A stretch of 35,103 nucleotides of DNA. It comes from Alphaproteobacteria bacterium. GTDB taxonomy: Bacteria > Pseudomonadota > Alphaproteobacteria > UBA8317. Shown piece after piece: positions 10,831 through 20,381 of the stretch (position 1 is its first letter; the number at the start of each line of letters is the position of its first letter). The notes beneath the pieces were generated by a model. That model had not been told where the DNA came from, made no database searches, and saw only the letters and a program-made list of their open reading frames with translations. The DNA is taken from positions 1 through 35,103 of the forward strand of contig JAYPQH010000016.1 in NCBI GenBank assembly GCA_038131935.1, given 5' to 3'. Both the position numbers and the translations under genes were made by a program.

Positions 10831-11787
10831 TTAGCCCTTCACACCAAGCTCATCATAGCACTTTTGTGCGCCAGGATGTACAGGAATGGCCGCACCATTG
10901 AGGGCATTTTCTAGTTTGACGCGGTTCCAAATCTTCTTCACGTCAGCGAAGGTTGAGTGATTTGCCCAGAAAACTTTGCACATTTTGTACACTGTTTCAT
11001 CATCAAGTTCTGATGAGACAACCATCACAGCATTTGTGGACAAAACGTTGATCGGTTCTTTCACAGATTTGTAGTGCTCTGAGGTCATCTTACCAGAGAG
11101 ATATCCTGGGTTTGCGTCCAAGATTTCTTTAACTTTTGCGTCTGGGATATTGATGAAACGGATACCTGGTGATGTTTCAAGCTCAAGAAAAGAAGCTTGT
11201 GGCATAGAGGTAACAGCCATGAAAACATCAATGTTGCCATCTTTCATGAGGGCGACAGATTCTGTGTAGCTCACATTGTGAACAATGCCACCATCAGCTT
11301 TGATAGACGCAAAATCCATGCCGTAGGCTTGCAAAATTGATTCAGCAAACGCAGTACCTGTCCATTTGGCCTTACCAGGTGAAATATTCTTACCCTTCAT
11401 ATCGGCAAAGCTTTGAATATCGGAGTCTGTAGGAACAGCTACTTGGAAATAAGAGGGGTACAAGGTGGCAAAGTGACGGACATTCTTCTGTGCACGATCA
11501 AATTTCCCTTTGCCGTTATATCCATTCGCAACAGTGTGGCTGTATGTCCAACCTATTTCAGCGTCACCACCACTAACGGAAAGCACGTTCGAAATACCAC
11601 CACCTGATGTATTTGATGTCGCAATGCCTTTAATTTCTTCTTGCATGACAGACATGATTTTTGCGCCTAATGGGTACCATGAACCGCCTGAAGGTCCTGA
11701 TACCATGCGTACAAACGTATCGGCAGCGGCGACAGAGGCACCACCCATAATACCTGCCATAGCTACGGTACATAAAAGTTTTTTCAT
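10831..11787 (-). CDS. TAXI-family TRAP solute-binding protein
   Basis: Signal peptide MKKLLCTVAMAGIMGGASVAAA, SGPSGGSWYPLG, C-terminal IPVHPGAQKCYDELG. GGGAGAG RBS. Confidence 0.93.
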   Translation of the reverse strand: MKKLLCTVAMAGIMGGASVAAADTFVRMVSGPSGGSWYPLGAKIMSVMQEEIKGIATSNTSGGGISNVLSVSGGDAEIGWTYSHTVANGYNGKGKFDRAQKNVRHFATLYPSYFQVAVPTDSDIQSFADMKGKNISPGKAKWTGTAFAESILQAYGMDFASIKADGGIVHNVSYTESVALMKDGNIDVFMAVTSMPQASFLELETSPGIRFINIPDAKVKEILDANPGYLSGKMTSEHYKSVKEPINVLSTNAVMVVSSELDDETVYKMCKVFWANHSTFADVKKIWNRVKLENALNGAAIPVHPGAQKCYDELGVKG

Positions 11788-11812
11788 GTTGATCTCTCCC
11801 AATTATTTCTAC

Positions 11813-11829
11813 GACGTAAAGTTTACGTC
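11813..11829. promoter_or_regulatory. Perfect 17-bp palindrome, candidate operator upstream of the TRAP operon
   Basis: GACGTAAA-G-TTTACGTC, 26 nt upstream of the SBP start, in a divergent intergenic region. Confidence 0.5.
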
Positions 11830-12022
11830 TTTGGTTGTAGCCGCACCTTGGGATGGATTTTTCTTAAGGACAAGACCCTTTTTTGTCCTAGATGGCAAAA
11901 TTCATAATTTTTTACCAAAATCGTGCCAGTTTTTTGGTTTTGCTTGTTTCTTTTGGAGACTTCACGCAACATTAGTTCAGTCAAGGACAGTATTTTTGTC
12001 TGAACATTGAGTGGAGGGTTCT

Positions 12023-12415
12023 ATGTCTGAAATATTTTCTGACAAACAGGCATTTGTCATAACACATGCTGATGATGCAGAGTTTGATGCCGGATTGCGA
12101 GCATTTTTTGCCTATCGCGATTTGCAGATCTCTGATGCAACAGGAGGTAAATTTGGTGCAAATGTTATCAGGGCTATCCCAGGCAAGCATGCAGAGGGGC
12201 AATGGCATAGCCACACACTCGATTTTCAAATGGTTTACATTCTTAAAGGTTGGGTAGAGTTTGAGTATGAAGGGCAAGGAGTGCATTTGCTGAAAGCGGG
12301 TACATGTGTTCTACAGCCTCCAGGTATCAAGCATCGAGAAATTCGCCATTCTGATGACTTAGAACTGGTAGAGATTACATCACCTGCATCATTTGCCACG
12401 AACGATGAAAGCTAA
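12023..12415 (+). CDS. Cupin domain protein
   Basis: Cupin motifs WHSHTLDFQMVYILKG and QPPGIKH. GGAGG RBS before ATG 12023. Confidence 0.88.
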   Translation: MSEIFSDKQAFVITHADDAEFDAGLRAFFAYRDLQISDATGGKFGANVIRAIPGKHAEGQWHSHTLDFQMVYILKGWVEFEYEGQGVHLLKAGTCVLQPPGIKHREIRHSDDLELVEITSPASFATNDES

Positions 12416-12453
12416 AGATCAATTTTTAAGAAAACAGCATAAGCCAATTGTAT

Positions 12454-12903
12454 CTAGTGCTGTGGGGGGGCTGTGGAGAACTTGTCGTATAATTGAAGTC
12501 CATGGCCAACAAGTACGGATCCCAATAATGCATAAAATCCAATCCCTAGGGAGATCTCGATCATCGACATGCCCTTAACGACGTAGACCAGTAAGGCTAC
12601 CAAAAAAATATCCGTGAGGGCAAAACGATAGAGAATCCCAATGGCTATATGGTTTGGGCTCAAAAATTTGAGTAGTATTTTCGCAAATGGGAATAAAACA
12701 CCAAATAAGAATACGGTTGAAAAAAGTAACAGTTCACCATGATCCCAAAAACGACCCAAAACATGAAGCATGGAGATGTCATCAGCCAAGATCCAAAACT
12801 GGTCGATATGGGCAAGAGGTAAGGTGATCCCAAATATGAACAAAGATGCTTCCAATGAAAGCGAAAGCCGAATGACCCAAGAATTTGTGTAAAAAGGGCT
12901 CAT
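12454..12903 (-). CDS. pqiA: Paraquat-inducible protein A (PqiA)-domain membrane protein, single domain
   Basis: PqiA-like segments GITLPL, LFGVLFPFAK and (W/F)ALTDIFLVALLV; four hydrophobic helices. Confidence 0.7.
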   Translation of the reverse strand: MSPFYTNSWVIRLSLSLEASLFIFGITLPLAHIDQFWILADDISMLHVLGRFWDHGELLLFSTVFLFGVLFPFAKILLKFLSPNHIAIGILYRFALTDIFLVALLVYVVKGMSMIEISLGIGFYALLGSVLVGHGLQLYDKFSTAPPQH

Positions 12904-12926
12904 GTTTTGGGCCTAATTCACTAAGG

Positions 12927-13337
12927 TTAAGTCTTTACATCAGGAATAGTACGTACCCGCACACCATCAACCCGCCAGCCTTGATCGGTCTGTTTCATGA
13001 GGTAAATAATAACATGTTTTCCCTGTTGTTGGTCTTCAATAAGAAGCATCTGGTAGGAATGGTCCGCCGCTTCCCGCAATTCTAGGAATTCAACATTTTT
13101 ATGTCGATGGATCATCGGATATCCGCGACGAACCATTGTTTCAAAACCTTCAGGGCTCTGGAATATTCTTTGAATATTGGTTGTTGCAAAAGAGAAAGCC
13201 TTCTCAAAATCATCATTGAGAAAGGCTTCCAATTGCTGGTTGATGACCATGCGGATATCATTTTTGACATCCCAAGCTCGAGCCACAACATTGTGCCCGA
13301 GCAAAACAAATACTATCGCTAGGGCGAGATGTTTCAT
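12927..13337 (-). CDS. DUF4864-like exported protein (NTF2-like)
   Basis: Signal peptide, then IRMVINQQLEAF..DDFEKAFSFA, FETMVRRGYPM and GWRVDGV. Confidence 0.75.
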   Translation of the reverse strand: MKHLALAIVFVLLGHNVVARAWDVKNDIRMVINQQLEAFLNDDFEKAFSFATTNIQRIFQSPEGFETMVRRGYPMIHRHKNVEFLELREAADHSYQMLLIEDQQQGKHVIIYLMKQTDQGWRVDGVRVRTIPDVKT

Positions 13338-13394
13338 CTTTAGACTCCATTCCCATAGACTGTCATGTATAAACTATGGGGATAGCTTCTAGGA

Positions 13395-14033
13395 TCAAGC
13401 GTCATCAGGACGTTTTGTAGCTTCATAAGCAGGCTCTGATTGTGCAAATTTCTCGAGCCAATCAGCCAACGTTGGATGTGAAACGCGCCAGTTGGCTTGT
13501 TTCCGAAAATCTAAATAGCTCAATGATGCCGATAGATTGATAGACAGAATATTGGTTTGCTGAGGGTCTGGCATATTTTCTACAAAATAATCCATGGCTT
13601 TTTGTAATTTTGCTTGTTGCATGGATAAAAACTTTTGGGAGTGATGCTCTGGGTTGTCACGATAGCGCGCTTCATAAACAATAAGTAGCCCTGCTTCGGC
13701 GATGCCTTTTGCAATGGTTGTATCTGTCAACATGACAAAGCGTTCTTGTGAGATATCCGGGAGCAATCGATGTTGTCCATCAAAAGCATCCAGGTAATGA
13801 ATGATGATTGTGGAGTCATGTATTAAGCTATCATCTGCGAGAACCATGCAGGGAATTTTACTAAGTGGATTTTGTTGATGAATATGATCATCAGGATTGT
13901 TGGTATCGACAGGATCCATCGGGATATCCAATCCCAAAGCATGACCAGCCATCCGTGCCATTCTTCCAAATGGAGATAAGGCGCCTGTACGTATAATTTT
14001 TGGTGCGATGAGGTTATGTGGATTTGCGGTCAT
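13395..14033 (-). CDS. Glutathione S-transferase family protein
   Basis: GST signatures SPFGR, NPLSKIP, DSTIIIHYLD and YLDFR...W. AGGAG RBS. Confidence 0.88.
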   Translation of the reverse strand: MTANPHNLIAPKIIRTGALSPFGRMARMAGHALGLDIPMDPVDTNNPDDHIHQQNPLSKIPCMVLADDSLIHDSTIIIHYLDAFDGQHRLLPDISQERFVMLTDTTIAKGIAEAGLLIVYEARYRDNPEHHSQKFLSMQQAKLQKAMDYFVENMPDPQQTNILSINLSASLSYLDFRKQANWRVSHPTLADWLEKFAQSEPAYEATKRPDDA

Positions 14034-14072
14034 CGTTTGACTCCTATTTTTATGTTTTTCAAAAAAGATGAT

Positions 14073-14098
14073 AAAAAAAGCCCCATTTGGGGCTTTTT
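14073..14098 (-). terminator. Rho-independent terminator after the thiolase gene (potentially bidirectional)
   Basis: AAAAAGCCCC-ATTT-GGGGCTTTTT with a 7-U tract on the minus strand, 4 nt after the stop. Confidence 0.85.
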
Positions 14099-14102
14099 GT
14101 TA

Positions 14103-15263
14103 TTACCGGGCGTTCTCAAGCACTGAGCAATAATTTGCGACTCCAGAACCACCCATGTTGAATACGCAACCTAGTTTGGCCCCCGGTACTTGCATATCAC
14201 CAGCTTCATTTACCAATTGCATCGCTGATAAGACATGCATGGACACTCCAGTTGCACCAACCGGATGACCTTTTGCTTTGAGCCCGCCGGATACGTTTAT
14301 TGGCAAACTGCCGTCTTTCCGCACGATACCCTCACGTATGGCTTCTGCACCGCGGCCCTTTGGCTTGATGCCCATGGCTTCATAAATCAGCAGTTCTGCC
14401 ATTGTGAAACAATCATGGACTTCAGCGAAGTCAATATCAGCATGCGTAACACCAGCCTGCGCAAAAGCCTGCTGAAATGCGTATGCTGGCCCTTCGAAAG
14501 CTGTCATATCACGGCGGGACATGGGTAGATAATCATTGACATGAACGGCTGATCGAAACGCTACGGAATGCTGGAAATCTTGTTCCATATCATCAGCCAC
14601 CATGATTAACGCTGCGGCACCGTCTGTAATCAAAGAGCAATCGGTCAGACGCAGTGGGGGGGCAATCAAGGGGTTTTTATCTGAAACGTTATTACAGAAT
14701 TCAAAAGGTACATCTTTGCGCATTTGAGCAAGAGGATTGGCAAGTGCGTTCTGATGGTTTTTAACAGCAATACGCGCAAGGTCCTCTGAGTGGTCACCAA
14801 ATTTTTGAAAGTAGCTGGCTGCAATTTGTCCAAAAATAGCTGGGAAACTCATGCCCCCTTCTTCTTTTTGATAGGAGGCTGATGCAAGTGCTTCTGTTAC
14901 CCCAGCGGTATCCTTACTCGTCATTTTCTCAGCACCGATGACCAACACGGTCTTGGCATCTCCAGCACGAATGGCATTCCTAGCTGAATAAATAGCTGCT
15001 GAACCACTCGCACAAGCATTTTCGCAACGCGTGGCCGGTTTGAAGCGAAGGTCATCATGTGCTTGGAGCGCGAGCGATGAAGGAAATCCATCAGCTACCA
15101 AGCCACCATTGAAGTGGCCTAGGTAAATAGCGTCAACATCTTTTGCTTCAATACCCGCTTTGTCCAAGGCTTCTTTTGTCACCGAAACCACGAGGTCTTC
15201 AAAATTTTGTTCCTCGAGCCGGCCAAACTTTGAATGTCCCCAACCTACAATCCTTGCATCCAT
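14103..15263 (-). CDS. SCP2-type thiolase (acetyl-CoA acetyltransferase family)
   Basis: Motifs ENACASG (Cys), EVHDCF, GHPVGATG and FNMGG. Confidence 0.9.
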   Translation of the reverse strand: MDARIVGWGHSKFGRLEEQNFEDLVVSVTKEALDKAGIEAKDVDAIYLGHFNGGLVADGFPSSLALQAHDDLRFKPATRCENACASGSAAIYSARNAIRAGDAKTVLVIGAEKMTSKDTAGVTEALASASYQKEEGGMSFPAIFGQIAASYFQKFGDHSEDLARIAVKNHQNALANPLAQMRKDVPFEFCNNVSDKNPLIAPPLRLTDCSLITDGAAALIMVADDMEQDFQHSVAFRSAVHVNDYLPMSRRDMTAFEGPAYAFQQAFAQAGVTHADIDFAEVHDCFTMAELLIYEAMGIKPKGRGAEAIREGIVRKDGSLPINVSGGLKAKGHPVGATGVSMHVLSAMQLVNEAGDMQVPGAKLGCVFNMGGSGVANYCSVLENAR

Positions 15264-15449
15264 GTTTATGTTCCTCACAAAAGCTAAAACGATCACAAAC
15301 CGGAGTATGATCGATTTACAAAGCTATGAAAAGCACAAAGCTGACCGCATGCCTGCGAACATGAAATTCGGTGTCGCCTGGACATTTTGATGTTCCTGCA
15401 TAGACTATTCACTCCTAGGGCAGATCTCGCCTATCACGATGGAATCATA

Positions 15450-16403
15450 ATGATGTTTGGAACTATTGTCGCCGCGATCGCACCTGTGTTTTTGCTGCTG
15501 TTACTTGGTATGTTTTTACGCTGGAGAGATTTTCCTGGTGGAGATTTTTGGCGCGGTGCTGACCGGATAAGTTATTGGGTTTTGTTTCCTGCATTATTGT
15601 TCAACAAAATATCAGGGCTGGATATTTCTTCAGCGCTGATGACGTCAGTTGCGGTCCCTATTTATGCAGGTTTTTTTACAAGCTTTGGCTTCGCGTTGTT
15701 AGCAGGTCTGGTTTGGGGGTTTTCAGCCCCGTTACGTACGAGTTTACTGCAAGGCGCAAGCAGACATAATACATTCATCGCATTGGCTTTGGCGGAGTTA
15801 TTGTTTGGAGCTGAGGGCCTGGCTTATGCAACGTTGGTCTCTGCTTTTCTAATTCCCATCACCAATATTGCACTGGTGGCGGCCATGGTTATCATGCTGC
15901 GCGAGCATCACGAGCGTGGTGGAGGGCTGATCGTTGCCCTTTTTCGAGACATGGGACGTAATCCCCTTTTGATGGGATTAACAGCAGGTTTTTTGGTCAA
16001 TGGACTTGGCCTATACCCATTATATGTGGTCACCCCGGTCACAGATATTTTAGGCCGTGCTGCTTTACCAATGATGTTGTTGTCGGTAGGGGCAAATTTT
16101 GTAGTCAGCAAACCAAAGGCACTTTTCCTTCCGCTGTTTGTTACCATAGTAGGTAAAATGGTGATATTTCCAGTCGTTGTCGTCGCCATTGCTGTACTCA
16201 TGGGGGTTCCCGGGCCTATATTGGCTGTCCTTGCCATTTTTGGCTGTGTTCCCACCGCACCATCGGGTTATGCATTGGCTCGCGCTATGGGTGGAGATGC
16301 GCCAGCAATGGCAAATATTGTCACCTTTCATACAGCGTTAGGACTTATAACCCTCCCGTTAAGTTTGCTTTGCATTTATGCTTGGTTTGGGTTGGGGCCA
16401 TGA
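15450..16403 (+). CDS. AEC (auxin efflux carrier / Mem_trans) family transporter
   Basis: Motifs YWVLFPALLF, RHNTFIALA, RNPL, PTAPSGYALARAMGGDA; about 10 TM segments. Confidence 0.88.
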   Translation: MMFGTIVAAIAPVFLLLLLGMFLRWRDFPGGDFWRGADRISYWVLFPALLFNKISGLDISSALMTSVAVPIYAGFFTSFGFALLAGLVWGFSAPLRTSLLQGASRHNTFIALALAELLFGAEGLAYATLVSAFLIPITNIALVAAMVIMLREHHERGGGLIVALFRDMGRNPLLMGLTAGFLVNGLGLYPLYVVTPVTDILGRAALPMMLLSVGANFVVSKPKALFLPLFVTIVGKMVIFPVVVVAIAVLMGVPGPILAVLAIFGCVPTAPSGYALARAMGGDAPAMANIVTFHTALGLITLPLSLLCIYAWFGLGP

Positions 16404-16483
16404 TCATGATGAATTTCACCAATTGAGGAATATTTGGCATATTGAAGAGGTACCATATTAATGATTCGTACCGGAGGTCTCTG

Positions 16484-17108
16484 TTGGGAACGTTTGTCAT
16501 AACAGTTGCGCAGCAAAAAGGAGGTGTTGGTAAAACAACTTTGGCAACGCAATTGGCCAGCGCGTTTCATTGTTTGAGCTACCATGTTGCCATCATTGAC
16601 GTTGATCCCCAACAATCTATGACAAGATGGCATGAATTGCGGCAAAAATTAGACATCCATAACCCTATTTTGTTGAAGGGATCGGCTTGGCAGGCGGATA
16701 GTTTGATCAAAAAAGCTACCCAAGATCATGATATTGTTTTGGTTGATTGCCCACCACGTGCTGATGCTAAAGTGTCGGTCGCATTTCGTGCTAGCGATAT
16801 TATCTTGCTTCCGTGCCAGCCTGCTGCCGCGGACGTCTGGGCGCTCGATGATACCCCTAAATTTCATTCAGTCGCATATGGATAAGGTAAAGATTGTTAT
16901 GAATCGTGTTCCTCCGCGTTCAAAAAAAAGCAAACTCATTATTGACGCATTAACAAAACGTCATCTTCCACTATGTCATCATTATTTAGGTAACAGGACA
17001 GCTTTTGGTGATAGTATGTCTGAGGGCTTGGGGGTGGCGGAAGGTCGTTCCTGTCCAGCACAAGATGAAATTTATCAGTTGGCTAAAGAATTGTTGAGGG
17101 TTGCATGA
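16484..17108 (+). CDS. parA: Small ParA-family ATPase (orphan); frameshift near 16855
   Basis: Deviant Walker A QQKGGVGKTT, IDVDPQ, Walker B LVDCPP, then MNRV and LGNRTAF. GGAGG RBS before TTG 16484. One extra C in ACCCC. Confidence 0.85.
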
Positions 17109-17535
17109 GTGTTGTGGTGCATATGGGTACAGACGTTCATTTGGAGGACTGCCTTGAGATACGTCGGCACGTGTTCGTAAATGAGCAAGGTGTCGATGCC
17201 CAATTGGAATTTGATGGTTTGGACCATACATGCTTCCATTGTCTTTTATCAGAATGGGGAAACCTGTTGCCACAGCACGTGTCCGGTTTCTTGGGTCAGT
17301 GGCAAAAATTGAGCGTATGGCGGTCCTTAAAGATTCTAGAAGAAAGGGCTATGGTGGTATGATATTGAGCCGTATAATTGATTTGTTAAACGGTATGCCT
17401 GAGGTTGTTTCTGTGAAACTTCATGCTCAAAAATATGCAGCACCTTTCTATGCTCGCCATGGATTCCGTGTCCATGGCGAACCGTTTTTTGAGGCTGATA
17501 TTGAGCATGTGTTGATGCACAGAAGGATCCCGTGA
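17105..17535 (+). CDS. GNAT N-acetyltransferase (ElaA/YjcF-like); frameshift near 17255
   Basis: Motifs IRRHVFVNEQGV..EFDG, KIERMAV..RRKGYG, LHAQ..A..FY and F.EADIEH. ATGA overlap with parA. Confidence 0.88.
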
Positions 17536-17561
17536 AACCAGCCTAGATTTTTCAAATTTGT

Positions 17562-18314
17562 CTAAACGGTACGACCGCCATCAACTGGCAACACAACACC
17601 TGTAACCAAACTTGCTTCATCACTAGCAAGATACACCGCTGCAGCTGCAATATCCTCTGGCAAAGAGAAGCGCCCAATAGGAATAGTTGCCAAAAACTTT
17701 TCACGTTTTTCTGGGGTATCTTCACCCATAAATGTTGGTAATAAGGGTGTGTCACCTGCAACCGGTGCAATACAATTCACCCGAATTTTTTCTGGAGCCA
17801 ATTCCACAGCCATTGACCGGCTCATCAAATTTACAGCACCTTTTGAGGCGTTGTACCAGGTCAGCCCCGCGCGTGGCGAAATCCCAGCAGTAGAGCCAAT
17901 ATTTACAATGTTGCCCGCAGTTTTTCTTTCCCGCCAAAGTGGAAGTACTGCGTGCGCCATGAAATAAATAGACATAACGTTGATATCAAATGTTTTACGG
18001 ATGGCATTCTCATCCCAGTCAAGCATAGGGCTATTATGGTATGTCCAGCCAGCATTGTTGATCACAACATCAAGACCATTCATGGCCTGATCAGCCACCG
18101 TGACCGCATTTTTGACCTGCTCAGCTTGTGCAACGTCACACGCAACCGCCACGGCTTTTTCACCAATACTATCGGCAACAGCACGTGCACCATCAAGATT
18201 GATATCCAATATGGCGACGGTAGCACCTTCGGCGACAAATCGCTCTGCCATTCCTTTCCCGTATCCAGACGCACCGCCTGTTACGATAATTTTTTTCCCC
18301 TGTAGTCTTCCCAT
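17562..18314 (-). CDS. Classical SDR oxidoreductase (FabG-like)
   Basis: TGGASGYG, NNAG, YNASK. Confidence 0.92.
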   Translation of the reverse strand: MGRLQGKKIIVTGGASGYGKGMAERFVAEGATVAILDINLDGARAVADSIGEKAVAVACDVAQAEQVKNAVTVADQAMNGLDVVINNAGWTYHNSPMLDWDENAIRKTFDINVMSIYFMAHAVLPLWRERKTAGNIVNIGSTAGISPRAGLTWYNASKGAVNLMSRSMAVELAPEKIRVNCIAPVAGDTPLLPTFMGEDTPEKREKFLATIPIGRFSLPEDIAAAAVYLASDEASLVTGVVLPVDGGRTV

Positions 18315-18428
18315 GAACCAACACTCCTTTTTGGGATACGAATTGATGTTGCAAGACGTTTATCTAAGCGCAATTGAAAAGCTTATCCAAGAGAGAAATG
18401 GTTTGACGAATGACTTTATGCTTTGTGT

Positions 18429-19307
18429 TCAGCGTTGGAGACAAGCGGCGGTGACTGCCTCAATATGTAAAGGACCAATGCCACAGCAGCCGCCAATAAT
18501 GGATATTCCTTTAAGCTGCCATTGCGTTGCAAAGTCGGCATATATTGCAGGGGATAGGTCCTCTCTCATCTCTAAAACATCAACGGTTCCCCCCACCTTC
18601 AGTGGCTGAACAGATCGAAATCCATTCGCATAAGCACCCACTTGTTTTTTATCCGTCAATAGAACATCAAGTCCGTCGCTGATGGCTTCTGGATAGCTAC
18701 AATTCAGCAAAACTGATGACACAAACTCTGGGGTGCCCACAATGTTTTGTACTGATTCCCACGAACGCAGCTTTGTCCCATCCTGGTCTTGAACCGTGCA
18801 AGCTAACCACAGTGGTTGGCTAAAAATGTCTGCCGCTTTGATAACATCATCCACTTCACGAAGAGAACTCATCGTTTCAGCTAAGAAGATATCAACATGA
18901 CCCAAATGTAGGTCAATCATGCGGCGGTAGCTTGCAATGGCTTCATCTTCATGGGGGTGTGTCTCAGGGTGGTAACTGGCAACCAATGGTGGCAGGCATG
19001 CAGCAATGCGAACATTGTTGATACCTTCTGCTTCTGCCTCCATTCGGGCTTGCACGGCGCATTGCCAAGCTTTTTTTTGTAATGATGTGAACTGGTCTTC
19101 TAATTGGTGCCTGGCCAATCTTTGTGGTGTGAGCGCATAACTATTCATGGTGATAATTCGTGCGCCAGCTCTTATGAATTCACCATGGAGCTTTATGACC
19201 TGATCTGGTTCCTCAATCAAATTTTGAACAGACCAAAGTGGTGTTGCTGGAAGTTTTGATCGAGAGACCAATTCCATGCCAAGCCCACCGTCCAATATTT
19301 GAATCAT
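18429..19307 (-). CDS. Homocysteine S-methyltransferase family protein (BHMT/MmuM-like)
   Basis: ILDGGLG, AETMSS, Zn ligands LNCS and GGCCG. Confidence 0.9.
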   Translation of the reverse strand: MIQILDGGLGMELVSRSKLPATPLWSVQNLIEEPDQVIKLHGEFIRAGARIITMNSYALTPQRLARHQLEDQFTSLQKKAWQCAVQARMEAEAEGINNVRIAACLPPLVASYHPETHPHEDEAIASYRRMIDLHLGHVDIFLAETMSSLREVDDVIKAADIFSQPLWLACTVQDQDGTKLRSWESVQNIVGTPEFVSSVLLNCSYPEAISDGLDVLLTDKKQVGAYANGFRSVQPLKVGGTVDVLEMREDLSPAIYADFATQWQLKGISIIGGCCGIGPLHIEAVTAACLQR

Positions 19308-19383
19308 GAATTGCCATTCCTTTAACTAGACAAAAGGTCCTTAAAAACGTCTATATACTTCATGAACCAATAATGGGGAGAGC

Positions 19384-20322
19384 ATGATGACAAAAATTAT
19401 TGCCCACGGTCCTCTTTTGCCGCCAGTCATAAAAAAGCTGGGGGAGTTAGGCGAGGTCATTGTGATGACCAACTGGGAGAATGGAAAACATATTCTGTTG
19501 GAACATGGCCAAGATGTGTGCGCAGTGGCAACCTATGGTGGCATTGGTAAAGAGCAGTTGCAAGCGCTTCCTAACCTGAAAATTGTTGCCAACTTTGGTG
19601 TTGGTTTTGATAATGTCGATGTAACGACTGCCCATCAAATGGGGGTAGTGGTGACCAATACACCAGATGTTTTAAATGATGCGGTGGCTGAGTTAACCTT
19701 TGGCCTGGTTTTGACATTATCCCGACAATTGCATGTCGCTGATCAATACATACGCGCGGGTCGCTGGCCTTTAGACGGGCAATATCCACTAAGCCGAGAA
19801 CTAACCGGTGCAACTGTGGGTATTATTGGTATGGGGCGGATTGGGCGTGAATTTGCCCGCAGAGCACGCGCGATGAATATGCGTGTTGTGTATCATGGCC
19901 GTCATGAACAACCCCACGTGCCCTATAAGTTTTATGATTCACCCAAAAACATGGCACAGGATGTAGACTGGCTTGTTTTGTTGGCTCCCGGTGGTCCAGA
20001 AACCTATCATATTGTTAATGAGGATGTTTTGAACGCTCTGGGGCCAGAGGGTTACTTGGTCAATGTTGGGCGAGGAAGTTTGGTGGATGAAGAGGCGTTG
20101 GTGCAAAGCCATTCAAGATAGAAAATTGCTGGTGCGGCTTTGGATGTGTTCGCCCATGAACCACATGTCCCACAACAACTCATCGATAGCCCCCATGTGT
20201 TGTTAACGCCCCATATTGGAAGTTCAACAACAAAGACACGCGCGGCAATGGGCCAGCTCATTGTTGACAACATTGCCATGGTTCTCTCAAACCAACCCGC
20301 GCTCACCCCCGTACGCCTCTAA
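19384..20322 (+). CDS. D-2-hydroxyacid dehydrogenase (GhrB-like); paired +1/-1 indels at about 20105-20125 create an internal TAG
   Basis: GVGFDNVD, GMGRIG, NVGRG, DVFAHEP, PHIGS. Both ORF parts are in the same frame; VQAIQDRKIAG is restored by moving one A. Confidence 0.9.
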
Positions 20323-20381
20323 TGTCTTGAGATGGCTCCTTTTTAGCAGTGCAGGAGCCATCCTTTCGTTCTGTTTACCAA

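Noticed and set aside
12023-12415. Cupin as a DMSP lyase (DddK/DddW/DddQ)
   Set aside because: It has HxH-x4-Q rather than the HxH-x3-E metal motif of cupin DMSP lyases, and no acrylate genes are nearby.
13351-13380. CCCATAG-N15-CTATGGG inverted repeat between GST and DUF4864
   Set aside because: A short stem with a large loop and no U-tract is too weak to call.
16484-17535. Plasmid or prophage partition locus, or GNAT toxin-antitoxin module
   Set aside because: No rep, parB, integrase or RHH antitoxin is present. The GNAT is ElaA/YjcF-like, not AtaT/TacT-like.
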